Positions 55,041-64,000 of a DNA stretch of 64,000 nt are shown piece after piece. The position numbers were made by a program, and so were the translations under genes. The notes under the pieces were generated by a model, which was given only the letters and a program-made list of their open reading frames with translations, did no database searches and was not told where the DNA came from. The stretch covers positions 186,001-250,000 of the IMG/VR virus record IMGVR_UViG_3300043446_005562; one strand, written 5' to 3'. Position 1 is the first letter of the stretch, and each line of letters begins with the position of its first letter.

Positions 55041-56623
55041 TGCATGTCAAGAAAATCATATTCATACTATTTTTAATTATCTCAAATGTTGCAATCGGTC
55101 AAATCAATTATTCATACATTGACCCTTGTACTGGGATAAAGAAAACAATTCAGGTGCCGTCTAACGGCGTGACCGTTACCTATTACGGTCAAATACACAC
55201 ATTTCAACCGACCGATTTTTACAGCGGAGTTTTTGAGAATTGGGCAAATGGCGTTTACGCATCATTCGGCTCCAATAATCCATGCGCAAGCATTGTCGGC
55301 ATGCCAACCGGTCTAACCGTTGCTCAGAGCAGCGCGTTGAATTTTCTAGGAATAATTAATTCGCTCGATGCGGTCAAGGATTTAGCGGGAGGAGGAACGA
55401 ATTTTCTTTCTGGTACAATTGAGAGTACTAAAAAATCTGAAAAAAAGGAAAAGAAAGATGATAATACTAACTCTACTTCTGTTAATGCTGGTGCCGCTAG
55501 CGGTCAAACTGGTAATTCGGCAACATCGCCGCAATCTGGGAATAAAGGCGAAGCTCAATCGGCTGGTGGATCTCAAGGCCAATCTGGAGGCGAGGCTCAA
55601 TCAAGCGGTGGGAGCCAACCGGCTAGCCAAAAGCCTGATCAAACGGGCGGATCTGGATCGGGCCAAGCTGGCGGAGGAAGCGGATCAAACGGCAGCGGCT
55701 CACCACAAAATCCAGGATCGGAAACCTCAGGTGGATCAGCCCAGGGATCAACAACCGGATCAGGTGGACAAACAACTGGCTCGAGTTCAAATAATAGTTC
55801 AACTTCTCAAAATGGGTCTTCCTCTGGAGGAGGCTCACAGGGAGGCGGACAAAATGATGCAACAAAAAAAGTAACCACAACACCCGCTGGGGAATCCAAA
55901 ACGGATCAGCCATCTGGCTCGGGTAAAACCGATCTGGTTGGATCGTCAGTTAATAATGTGCAGCGAGTTGATGCAAAAAACGGCAATCGACCCAATATCA
56001 TAGCCTCAAGCGATTTTGTTGGATTTAATTTTAAAAATTCAGATGTCTCATACGGCGGTAAATTTACCGGAGGCTATACCTCAGCCAGATGGGACGGCGC
56101 TCGAGCTCATGGACTACTCATTGACTACACGACCGCACTAAAGGGTCCAAACATTAGCGGCTTCTATGCATTCATTAAGCCCAAAAGAATTGACCTTATC
56201 TCAACCACGCTAACTCTTGGTCTTGACATAAAAAAATCAATTTACGGAACGATTGCGCTGGGTCAAATGTGGGATATCAACAAGAAGAAAAACGTTAAAG
56301 CTGTTTATCTTTTAACTGGCTCTTACGGTAGTGTCTATGATCAAGCATTCATTGGTACGGCAGCAATTGCGGGCGGCATGTGGGATCTTAAACTCGGTAA
56401 AAGAATTGATGCTAAAATAATGGGTCTCTATGTTTACGCACCGTATGTTAGCTATTACAACGATATTTTGCTAAAGTCGCCTCACGTTGTTTTACCAATT
56501 CTTGGGTGCAATATTAAAATCACAAATAAATTCAAGATAAACATTAACGGTGGTGGCGCTTGGGCTCTAAAAGAAAACACCCTAAATTACACAGTAATGA
56601 TGGGTACCAGATTATTGTTATGA
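55040..56623 (+). CDS. Secreted protein: N-terminal domain, Ser/Gly/Gln low-complexity linker, C-terminal outer-membrane beta-barrel-like domain
   Basis: Signal peptide; about 140-aa S/G/Q tract; alternating amphipathic strands at the C-terminus. Confidence 0.65.
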   Translation: MHVKKIIFILFLIISNVAIGQINYSYIDPCTGIKKTIQVPSNGVTVTYYGQIHTFQPTDFYSGVFENWANGVYASFGSNNPCASIVGMPTGLTVAQSSALNFLGIINSLDAVKDLAGGGTNFLSGTIESTKKSEKKEKKDDNTNSTSVNAGAASGQTGNSATSPQSGNKGEAQSAGGSQGQSGGEAQSSGGSQPASQKPDQTGGSGSGQAGGGSGSNGSGSPQNPGSETSGGSAQGSTTGSGGQTTGSSSNNSSTSQNGSSSGGGSQGGGQNDATKKVTTTPAGESKTDQPSGSGKTDLVGSSVNNVQRVDAKNGNRPNIIASSDFVGFNFKNSDVSYGGKFTGGYTSARWDGARAHGLLIDYTTALKGPNISGFYAFIKPKRIDLISTTLTLGLDIKKSIYGTIALGQMWDINKKKNVKAVYLLTGSYGSVYDQAFIGTAAIAGGMWDLKLGKRIDAKIMGLYVYAPYVSYYNDILLKSPHVVLPILGCNIKITNKFKININGGGAWALKENTLNYTVMMGTRLLL

Positions 56624-57804
56624 GAAAACTTATATTACTGCTAGTTACGGCGATTGCGCTTTCAATTACACTCACGGCTCAGCCTTTTACCTATTCAGGT
56701 TACGTTTACGGCGCAAACGGCCAGGGTCTTCAAAACATTCCGGTCAAACTGTTTGGCAAACGAACTGACCCATACGAGATTAGCTTTCCAACCTACAGCC
56801 CAGCTGGTGCATTTAATTCCGGCACGGTGATTCCATCTTCCGACGACGCGACTCATGGACCCTTTAATATAGGCTTCACCTTTAGCTTCTTTGGTAATAA
56901 CTACACCCAATTCTATGTTGGGTCAAACGGCTGGATTGGTTTTTCTTCTGCTCAAACAACAGGTTATACTGCTCAATACATTCCAAATGCAGGTTCGCCA
57001 AAGAACGTTATCATGGCGGACTGGGAAGACCTCTATCCAGGTTCAGCCAATATCTACTACACAACGGTTGGCACTTCGCCCAATCGTAAATTAATAGTTT
57101 CATTCAATGCAGTGCCGCATTACGGCTGTCGTACTAATCTGCACACATTTCAATTTGTGCTGTACGAATCAAGCAATGTGATTGATGTCTATTATCAGGA
57201 CAAGCCCCTGTGCTCAGGCAATAACTCAACCGCAGGCTTGGTCAATATTGATAATACGAATGTCGTACCGGTTGGCGGCAAGAATGCCTCTGCCTGGTCG
57301 GCGACCAATTACGCAGTTCGATACACGCCAGCCGTGCCGGAAACTTCTTTTTCGCTAAAGGGTACCTATTCAACCAGTGCAACCGGTCAATACACAATAA
57401 ATCCAAATCTGGATGCACAGTCTTATCAATTTGAAATTCGACTAGAATCATTATCGGTTGCATTACCTACACCGACTGATGCGCAATATCCAACCGAGAT
57501 AAGTCTCTATAATATTACGCCAACCTCCAAGCTCTATTACACGATGGACGTCAACGGCGATGGCCGATTCACGGTCACGGATTCATACAATATCTATGCT
57601 CGCATAAATAACAGACCAGGTTTTTGGATCTCTCCAATTGCAGACTATCGAATATTCACACCAGCCCAGTGGACCACAATTAATTCAGGCACCACTGACA
57701 TGAGGGGTACGATTCCCGGTGTTCAGTCAATGATCATCTTCACTCCAACAAACGGTGGTTCAACCAATTTTTATCTGTTGAGAACTGGCATAAAAACACA
57801 ATAA
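56620..57804 (+). CDS. Secreted protein with nidogen-like domain and dockerin-like motif (true start probably 56620)
   Basis: MRKLILLLVTA signal; NIGFTFSFFGNNYTQFYVGSNGWIGF; MDVNGDGRFTVTDSY. Confidence 0.7.
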   Translation: MRKLILLLVTAIALSITLTAQPFTYSGYVYGANGQGLQNIPVKLFGKRTDPYEISFPTYSPAGAFNSGTVIPSSDDATHGPFNIGFTFSFFGNNYTQFYVGSNGWIGFSSAQTTGYTAQYIPNAGSPKNVIMADWEDLYPGSANIYYTTVGTSPNRKLIVSFNAVPHYGCRTNLHTFQFVLYESSNVIDVYYQDKPLCSGNNSTAGLVNIDNTNVVPVGGKNASAWSATNYAVRYTPAVPETSFSLKGTYSTSATGQYTINPNLDAQSYQFEIRLESLSVALPTPTDAQYPTEISLYNITPTSKLYYTMDVNGDGRFTVTDSYNIYARINNRPGFWISPIADYRIFTPAQWTTINSGTTDMRGTIPGVQSMIIFTPTNGGSTNFYLLRTGIKTQ

Positions 57805-57809
57805 CTAAC

Positions 57810-58271
57810 ATGAAAAAACTAATCTTTACCCTATTAATTTTTATCTCAACCCAAGTCACGGCCTTTTCCCAAACTGATCGATGTTTTAGCATTGATACTG
57901 TGTACTCAACTGCAAAGTTTAGAGAATTGGGCAAACGCGATATTAGGTTCGGTGTCAAGCAGATGACCGAGGAATTGATCTCTGAGAAGTTCTGTATTAA
58001 GCCAGGGTCGTCAAGTGTCAAGGTTGAAATATTCTATTTTGGCTTGCCGAGAAAGGAACTTAGGCTGCTTGGAGTTGGACGAGAAGAGGCAATCACGCAG
58101 GTCGGAATCAGGCTGCACATTGATGGTAAAGCATACGAGGGCTATGGCGAATCGGAAACTGAGATTAGAACAATAATGTTGGAGGTGGTGGAAGAGTCTG
58201 TACCTTTTTCCAAAATGACTCTGTCCAATTCCATTAAAAAAGCCCTGGTTCAATGCGTTTCGCAATTATAG
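57810..58271 (+). CDS. Secreted protein, possibly distant CsgG-like fold
   Basis: Signal peptide; FGVKQMTEEL...GESET...NSIKKAL pattern parallels 54321-55040. Confidence 0.5.
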   Translation: MKKLIFTLLIFISTQVTAFSQTDRCFSIDTVYSTAKFRELGKRDIRFGVKQMTEELISEKFCIKPGSSSVKVEIFYFGLPRKELRLLGVGREEAITQVGIRLHIDGKAYEGYGESETEIRTIMLEVVEESVPFSKMTLSNSIKKALVQCVSQL

Positions 58272-58714
58272 CTCTAATCGTTTGGCTGGCAGCTGGCTCA
58301 GCACAGGCTCAAATTCAAATACCCGATGTGGGAGACGGCTGGCGACCAAAGGTCGACTCGGCGATTGCTGTGATTAAGGCCCATGATCCAGTCGCTCACA
58401 AGCGCCTGCTTGAAAACTGTAAATCGATTCAATTCATTATCGCGGGAGAGTCAACCACTCAACCGCCCAGCGTAATTGCAATATCGGTAAACGACATGCG
58501 ATTAAACTCAATCAACAACATTGCTGCCATTCTGGTACACGAGTCGTATCATTTGTACATTGCAAATCAGGGCATAAAGCTTGATCCAAACGTTGAGGAG
58601 TATCAGGCCTACTCAATAGAATATGAATTTTTATTTAAAATTCCTGACCTTGAGGATTGGCTATTCGAGAATGCGCTCAACCGCATGCTCTATTATAAAT
58701 CCAAGATAAAATGA
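58253..58714 (+). CDS. Secreted zincin-like metalloprotease
   Basis: Signal peptide; VHESYH...EEYQAY. Confidence 0.6.
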   Translation: MRFAIIALIVWLAAGSAQAQIQIPDVGDGWRPKVDSAIAVIKAHDPVAHKRLLENCKSIQFIIAGESTTQPPSVIAISVNDMRLNSINNIAAILVHESYHLYIANQGIKLDPNVEEYQAYSIEYEFLFKIPDLEDWLFENALNRMLYYKSKIK

Positions 58715-59496
58715 AAACCTTAATTACATTGGCTTTAATGCTAGCATCAATTGCAGCAGTCGGTCAGACAAGTCCACCTCCACCGCCCAAGGCGCCAGCT
58801 GAGGATTTTGGCAATACTCAAAATAATATTATGGGCGCGCAGGCCAGATCTTTTGGCGGCGGCTCAATAATTAGACCCAACCCAGTGCTGACCTCAGCCG
58901 ATTTTAGTTTCATACAGAATCCAACCTTTGAATCGGGTTGGCGCTATGGTACTGGCTTGGGATACAGTAATGTAAATTTGGGTAAGGGTTATGGTGTCAA
59001 CGTTATTTTGACATTTGACTTGACCCAACAAACCTATTCGGGTTTCTATCGCAATGGAGACTGGTACTTTCATCTCAACTTTGGAAAAATGGGTCTTGTC
59101 AGAAACATTGGCGCAAGCGCAACCAGAGTTTGGGAATTCGATAAAACAACTGTCGGTGTACAGCTTGGAGTATCCGATGTTGAGAGCATGGATTTAAAAA
59201 ATCAGTATTACGTTGCGGTGCCCTATCTTGTTTTTCTAGCGGATCGAGAGATTAGATTAAGCAAAAGACTTGAATGGAAGCCTGAGATTTTCATAACTAC
59301 TTGTTCGCCATACTATGACATTGGTAAAAAATTTAGCAGCACATCCACAACATTCAACGCGGTCGTTGGCAACAACATCTCAATCGCAGTTCACAAGAAA
59401 TTCAGGCTAAATGTTAATTGGCGTGCAAATATGAACACAACTCCAAACTGGGGTGTCATGCACAACATTCTAGTCGGAACAACTTTAAAATTTTAA
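58711..59496 (+). CDS. Putative outer-membrane beta-barrel protein
   Basis: Signal peptide; amphipathic strands; C-terminal Phe (TTLKF). Confidence 0.6.
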   Translation: MKTLITLALMLASIAAVGQTSPPPPPKAPAEDFGNTQNNIMGAQARSFGGGSIIRPNPVLTSADFSFIQNPTFESGWRYGTGLGYSNVNLGKGYGVNVILTFDLTQQTYSGFYRNGDWYFHLNFGKMGLVRNIGASATRVWEFDKTTVGVQLGVSDVESMDLKNQYYVAVPYLVFLADREIRLSKRLEWKPEIFITTCSPYYDIGKKFSSTSTTFNAVVGNNISIAVHKKFRLNVNWRANMNTTPNWGVMHNILVGTTLKF

Positions 59497-59528
59497 ACCC
59501 AGATAAATATTATTAAAAAATAAAGAAT

Positions 59529-60119
59529 ATGAATTACACAAGAGAACAAATTGAAAAGGCGGTCAAGGCCAAGGGTTATGCATGGTTTGAGGGCGCAAAG
59601 GACTATGATGTCAATATTGTTGGTATTAGAAATTCTAGCACCGGCCAAAAGGTCACTAACGTGTTTGATGATCTGTTGACCGTGTCCTATAAATTAAACG
59701 GTGAATGGCACTTTCATGCCTGGGCCGCAACAACCGATCCCGGTAAAAAGGGGGTTATGGAGTATCATAATGCAGCTGGCGTTGCTCGACTGGTTGAGGG
59801 TCAATATCGTGGATCGCATGCAATCGGTCTACACCAGGGTAAGTACGAAGCCCTAAAGCAGGCTAAAAACGTCAAGGTGTATCGCGATGCAAATCGTGAT
59901 CTAACTTACGATGAAACCAAAATTCAGGAAGGAATCTTTGGAATCAACATTCACAAAGCTGGAGCGGACTCAACCTATGTTGAAAACTGGTCAGAAGGTT
60001 GTCAAGTATTTAAAAAGTCAGCGGACTTTGATCAGTTCTTGGCCATCTGTAAAAAATCACAAGCAATTCACGGTAATTCCTTTACCTATACGCTAATTGA
60101 ATCTGCGGACATTGTATGA
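59529..60119 (+). CDS. YkuD/L,D-transpeptidase-like cell-wall enzyme
   Basis: ATTDPG; GINIH...WSEGCQV His/Cys catalytic pattern. Confidence 0.6.
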   Translation: MNYTREQIEKAVKAKGYAWFEGAKDYDVNIVGIRNSSTGQKVTNVFDDLLTVSYKLNGEWHFHAWAATTDPGKKGVMEYHNAAGVARLVEGQYRGSHAIGLHQGKYEALKQAKNVKVYRDANRDLTYDETKIQEGIFGINIHKAGADSTYVENWSEGCQVFKKSADFDQFLAICKKSQAIHGNSFTYTLIESADIV

Positions 60120-60859
60120 GATTAATATTTCTATTACTACTAATTATTCCTATTGAAGCCTTTAGTCAAACTAAGGGCTTCATTTCAATAGGTGGCGATT
60201 GGAATTCAGGTAACTTTCAGTCGATTGGCCTGACACTGCGGTCGGAGATTAAAAAGGACAGTGGCAACTATCAATGGGCGATTGCGCCCAACTTTAGATG
60301 GAGCGAACAGTCAAAGGTTGGTGGAGGAGACCTAAATCTCTATGAGAACGAGCTCTACTTGACAGGTAATTTGACACGATCATTGGTCAAGAGCTGGAAG
60401 GTGATAGGCTTTTCCGAAAACGAAAAATCCTATTTAAGAAAAATAGACTTGCGATCAGCTGCTGGTTTTGGAATTGGGGTTGATCTACTCAATCTAAAAG
60501 GAGTTCGGCTCTCAGTGTCTGAACTTATTCTACCTGAATACTATTGGTCAAGCCTGAACACTGAACTAAATAACTTTACGGTTAGGGGCTCGACCCGATT
60601 CAAGCTTGAGATCAGCGGTAAGATTTTAAAGTTCTCATCAGTCAATCTAATTCAACCGGCCATCTATTCAAGTCGACAGGTTAGCTTTGCGGATAATCTA
60701 AACATTCGCAGTAATTCTTCAATCTCTACCAAGTTAAAGGATCGCTATGAGGTTGGTGTGTTACATACCTTAACCTATCAGGGATATCCCTACTACATCA
60801 ATAAGACGATTGTGCCAATGCAACAGGGCGCATCCATCTTTGTTAAGTGTACTTTTTAA
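60116..60859 (+). CDS. DUF481-like outer-membrane beta-barrel protein
   Basis: Signal peptide; GNFQS, ENEKSYLRKIDLR, C-terminal Phe. Confidence 0.6.
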   Translation: MRLIFLLLLIIPIEAFSQTKGFISIGGDWNSGNFQSIGLTLRSEIKKDSGNYQWAIAPNFRWSEQSKVGGGDLNLYENELYLTGNLTRSLVKSWKVIGFSENEKSYLRKIDLRSAAGFGIGVDLLNLKGVRLSVSELILPEYYWSSLNTELNNFTVRGSTRFKLEISGKILKFSSVNLIQPAIYSSRQVSFADNLNIRSNSSISTKLKDRYEVGVLHTLTYQGYPYYINKTIVPMQQGASIFVKCTF

Positions 60860-60860
60860 T

Positions 60861-61370
60861 TTAGAGATTTTCCAGACCGTCAGCAAGAGTGGAGTCCCAA
60901 TCCTTGGAGTCGTCAACTGGTTTCTTAGCCTTGCTGCGAGTCATCTCTTCAGGCGTCAATAGGGCTCTGCCGAATTTTTTGACACGATCTGCGTATCTGG
61001 TCTTGACGCGATCGCTGATTGCAAGCGGCTCGCCCTCATCGTCAATTCTGACAAATTTCATGTTAGTATGAGTCACGACCTTTTGGACTCCAGTATAGAC
61101 ATTGTGCTTTCTAACCTCAATGTAGAGAGTGACTGACGTTGTGCCAAATTCTTTAACGCTACCGTAGATCTTTAGGATATTACCTGACTTAACTGGCAAT
61201 TTAAAAACAAGCTCATCTATTTTTAGGGTGACCACGCGTTGAGTATCGCAGATTTGAGAAGCATAACTTGCGGCAGCATCATCAATGATCGATAGGATTA
61301 TTCCACCGAACATGTTATTGTGAACTCCAATATCTCCCTGCTTGCAGATGTAGGTACTAATTAATTCCAT
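60861..61370 (-). CDS. Acyl-CoA thioesterase (HotDog fold, YciA-like)
   Basis: HNNMFGG...IDDAA, VTLKIDELVFKLPV, FVRIDDEG. Confidence 0.85.
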   Translation of the reverse strand: MELISTYICKQGDIGVHNNMFGGIILSIIDDAAASYASQICDTQRVVTLKIDELVFKLPVKSGNILKIYGSVKEFGTTSVTLYIEVRKHNVYTGVQKVVTHTNMKFVRIDDEGEPLAISDRVKTRYADRVKKFGRALLTPEEMTRSKAKKPVDDSKDWDSTLADGLENL

Positions 61371-62731
61371 TACTTAACTGTTGCTTTTAAATTTTTCTTT
61401 AGTTCAGCCAGATCCTCACGATACATGTCAATTGGATCCTTCTTTTTAATCTCGGCCAAAAGAGCCTTTTTGTCAGCAACCTCTTTTAAAAGCTGTTCAT
61501 AGGTTTCCTTGGTCAAGGAATGAATTGGCATGTTAAGCAAATAGTTGTAAGAGCCGTTGACCTCATCAAAATCTGCCGTTTGCAAGTAGAGAATGATCTC
61601 CTTACGCGGAACGTTGTTGATCTTCAACTTGCCGTCGATTATCAACTTAACGAATCTTGCCCGATTGGAAAGGTACGTAAGTTCCTCATTGTACTTGTTG
61701 ATGAGATAGGCCTTGCGCTTTGCATAGAAGGTTGATCTAAACTTGACAAAGTATTCCACCAGTTGGGGCACCGTATCAAAGATGATAAGCTTGCCGCGCT
61801 CGTCCAAACAGGTTAGGTTCTCAGTCTCGGTCTCAACCATTTTTAGAGTCTGTTCAAGACGACCCTTTGCAATTAGGTCAGCAAGGGTTGCTCTTGAAAA
61901 TTTAAGAGTGTAGTTGATACCGTTTGCTGAGTTGTCCTCATACGAAAAGATGATACCTCTATCCTGTAGAGAATTAAGATGAGCTTCGTATTTTTGAAAG
62001 GTTATGGACGGCGGCAGTTCAGAGATCTCGACTGTTGTTGTGTTTGCAACTCGATACTCTCCACGCATCATGTACTGATTTGTACCCGCAACCTGTTCGA
62101 CAGGTCCACGATACTCATTCCACCAGGGCAGAAGCTTGCCAACCTTTTTACCGTCCAACACTTTAAGACAGGCATCAACTAGATCAAGTGGATTACGATT
62201 TAAGATGTTTGTTGCAAAACCAACCGCAATACCCGAACTACCGTTCAACAAGACAGTTGGAATGATTGGTAAAAAATACTTGGGCTCTATCAAATTACCC
62301 TCTTCAACCTGATTCTCAAGCAGTTCAAAGTCCTTGTACAGCAGCCTAAAGTTACCGGTTAATTTCGTTGAGATATATCGAGCCGCGCCCGCTTCTGGCG
62401 AACGTAGGGAACCGAACTGACCAATCTCTTCTAGGAGTGGCAGGGAATTCTTAAATGACTGCGCCATGCCAATGATTGCACCATTTAGTGAACCGTCACC
62501 GTGATGGTAGTGGGCCTCGGATGCGATGCGGCCACCTAATTGAAATATCTTTAGGGGTTTTTCGGAGCCATTACGCCAAACCTTATCTGCAATAAAGATA
62601 ATCTTACGTGCAGTAGGTTTAAAACCGTCTATCACTGACGGTATTGCTCGATTCTCTAGCGTGTACATGCCGTACATTGCGTAGTCCTGATCGAGATATT
62701 CGGTTATTGTTTTATTCTGTAATTGATTCAT
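61370..62731 (-). CDS. Type II DNA topoisomerase, GyrA/ParC-like subunit (T4 gp52-like)
   Basis: RAIPSVIDGFKP..RK, YHHGDGS, AARY (catalytic Tyr), PIIPTVLLNGSSGIAVGF. Confidence 0.93.
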   Translation of the reverse strand: MNQLQNKTITEYLDQDYAMYGMYTLENRAIPSVIDGFKPTARKIIFIADKVWRNGSEKPLKIFQLGGRIASEAHYHHGDGSLNGAIIGMAQSFKNSLPLLEEIGQFGSLRSPEAGAARYISTKLTGNFRLLYKDFELLENQVEEGNLIEPKYFLPIIPTVLLNGSSGIAVGFATNILNRNPLDLVDACLKVLDGKKVGKLLPWWNEYRGPVEQVAGTNQYMMRGEYRVANTTTVEISELPPSITFQKYEAHLNSLQDRGIIFSYEDNSANGINYTLKFSRATLADLIAKGRLEQTLKMVETETENLTCLDERGKLIIFDTVPQLVEYFVKFRSTFYAKRKAYLINKYNEELTYLSNRARFVKLIIDGKLKINNVPRKEIILYLQTADFDEVNGSYNYLLNMPIHSLTKETYEQLLKEVADKKALLAEIKKKDPIDMYREDLAELKKNLKATVK

Positions 62732-62746
62732 CCGGTATTATTATAC

Positions 62747-63127
62747 TTAAATTATGTCTAAACAGACTGGTGTCAAGAATTTATGATCTTCAGGTAGAGC
62801 AAATAACTCGGCAATATGGTTTTGAACAAAGAGTTCGCTTTCCTCAGTAAGTTTATTTCCCCAAAGAGTTGCCTGATCAAAATGATTCAGTTTAGCAAGT
62901 CTCACGAACTCATTGTAATCCTTGTCGAGTATGTATCCCTTTAATGGAACAATTCGGCCAACGCATGTATTCCAAGTAAACTTACGACCATTGTAAGTTA
63001 TCCAATAGTAATCCATTTCATCTTCACCGACCGCCACAAGTCTTTCAATTTTCCACGAATCTGTTATAACGAATTGCCCCTTAAGATTTTCAAATTCTGT
63101 TTTTATTGAGCTTAAATTATCTTCCAT
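62747..63127 (-). CDS. Hypothetical protein between topoisomerase subunits
   Basis: 126-aa ORF. Confidence 0.6.
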   Translation of the reverse strand: MEDNLSSIKTEFENLKGQFVITDSWKIERLVAVGEDEMDYYWITYNGRKFTWNTCVGRIVPLKGYILDKDYNEFVRLAKLNHFDQATLWGNKLTEESELFVQNHIAELFALPEDHKFLTPVCLDII

Positions 63128-63211
63128 TTTAGAATTTTTGAATTGTTGAAAATGATCTGGCCTGATCCAGGTGGTTCTGTAACAGGTTTAGAAAGTTGAC
63201 AAAGCGACGGA

Positions 63212-64000
63212 TCATAACGACAGTTTTAAAAGTTTCTCCTTACGCATTGCTGAGTCTGTGCCGAACCAGTCATTGAGACTCTCCTTGTACTTCTTATCGT
63301 TCTGCATTTTGACCAATACTGGATTGTGAATGATATCTCGATACTCAATGTCTTCTAGGGCAGCAAGTCCCTTTTTGTACTCAACGTCCCAGCCCTTGGC
63401 ACCAGTTTTCTTTTCCCAGGCCTGATACTCCTCGTTAGAATAGAACGGCTTGACCTCCTTGCCCTTTTTTGCAACAACCAATGGAGTCATTACCTTGAAG
63501 ACTCGGCCCTGATCAAAGAGCTCTGGCCAATACTTATTAAAGAAGTTCATTAGCAGACCTGCGATGGAGTCGCCGTCCGGATCCGCGTCAGTATAGATAT
63601 ACACGCTGCCATATCTCAGGTCACTCGGTTCCTCTCCTAATTTGATTCCTAATGATGCCATAAGCTGGACAGCTTCATCATTCTGGATGACCCCAGAGTT
63701 TGTCATTTCACTAACGTTTAGGAACTTACCCTTTAGTGGAAAGGCTCCAAATGTCTGGGGATCTCTGAATTTCCGAACGGCTGACAGCGCTGACATTCCT
63801 TCGAATATTCCAAGCACGCATTTCTTACGGTCCTTGCCCTTTGCATCAATCAGCTTAAGTACTTTAGTTGAGGCTAGCGACTTATTTAATTTTCTGAGTT
63901 CAGCGCGCTCTTCGGCCGCTTTCTTCTGTTCAATCCAGTCAAGTAACGAAGAGACCACCTCAGACGCAAAGACCGACTTCACGAATTTTTCAGAAACTTG
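63212..64000 (-). CDS. Type II DNA topoisomerase, GyrB/ParE-like subunit, C-terminal TOPRIM part (truncated by window edge)
   Basis: EGMSA, PLKGKFLN, TDADPDG, YKKGL. Confidence 0.92.
   Translation of the reverse strand, partial: QVSEKFVKSVFASEVVSSLLDWIEQKKAAEERAELRKLNKSLASTKVLKLIDAKGKDRKKCVLGIFEGMSALSAVRKFRDPQTFGAFPLKGKFLNVSEMTNSGVIQNDEAVQLMASLGIKLGEEPSDLRYGSVYIYTDADPDGDSIAGLLMNFFNKYWPELFDQGRVFKVMTPLVVAKKGKEVKPFYSNEEYQAWEKKTGAKGWDVEYKKGLAALEDIEYRDIIHNPVLVKMQNDKKYKESLNDWFGTDSAMRKEKLLKLSL

Noticed and set aside
55420-55900. Low-complexity tract as tandem repeat or DGR variable region
   Set aside because: Ser/Gly/Gln coding linker without a discrete repeat unit; no reverse transcriptase or template repeat seen
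731-62850. Numerous short antisense or nested ORFs in the track
   Set aside because: They lie opposite or within longer motif-bearing genes and show no independent signals
62747-63211. Homing endonuclease or intron between topoisomerase subunits
   Set aside because: No HNH, GIY-YIG or LAGLIDADG motif in the 126-aa ORF; the 85-nt spacer has only short pairings (ATGATC/GATCAT)
1-64000. CRISPR array, integrase or transposase
   Set aside because: No regularly spaced direct repeats or recombinase motifs were seen by eye; the TnsA-like gene at 9207 is the head-completion nuclease by synteny

Overview
This is a 64-kb segment of a large T4-like (jumbo-type) dsDNA phage read with the standard genetic code. 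The host is almost certainly Bacteroidota, judged from type IX secretion (T9SS) C-terminal domains, Gln-start secreted proteins, a DUF2452 gene and A-rich, SD-less starts. The left part holds the core replication and head genes: UvsW, the C-terminal half of a split family-B DNA polymerase, primase, gp4/gp2-like proteins, portal, and gp25- and gp13-like proteins. These are interleaved with sugar-nucleotide enzymes and a ClpC ATPase that lacks its N-domain. The middle carries many small hypothetical ORFs, a DinG helicase, RNA-repair enzymes, 19 canonical tRNA genes, two aberrant tRNA-like genes and several structured RNA spacers. Next come an AT-rich glycosylation island, a GH19 endolysin followed by a roughly 9-kb plus-strand operon of secreted and outer-membrane proteins, and type II topoisomerase subunits. 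Three observations stand out. (1) Two tRNA arrays are each preceded by a short leader ORF and mutually exclusive antiterminator/terminator hairpins, and the leader codons mirror the downstream tRNAs, which suggests ribosome-mediated attenuation of tRNA supply. (2) The phage encodes a cohesin/dockerin, CsgG-like, beta-barrel and T9SS-cargo surface module. (3) A family of otherwise unrelated proteins shares a T4-like capsid-targeting motif. All functional calls come from motif recognition by eye; no database searches or folding programs were run.
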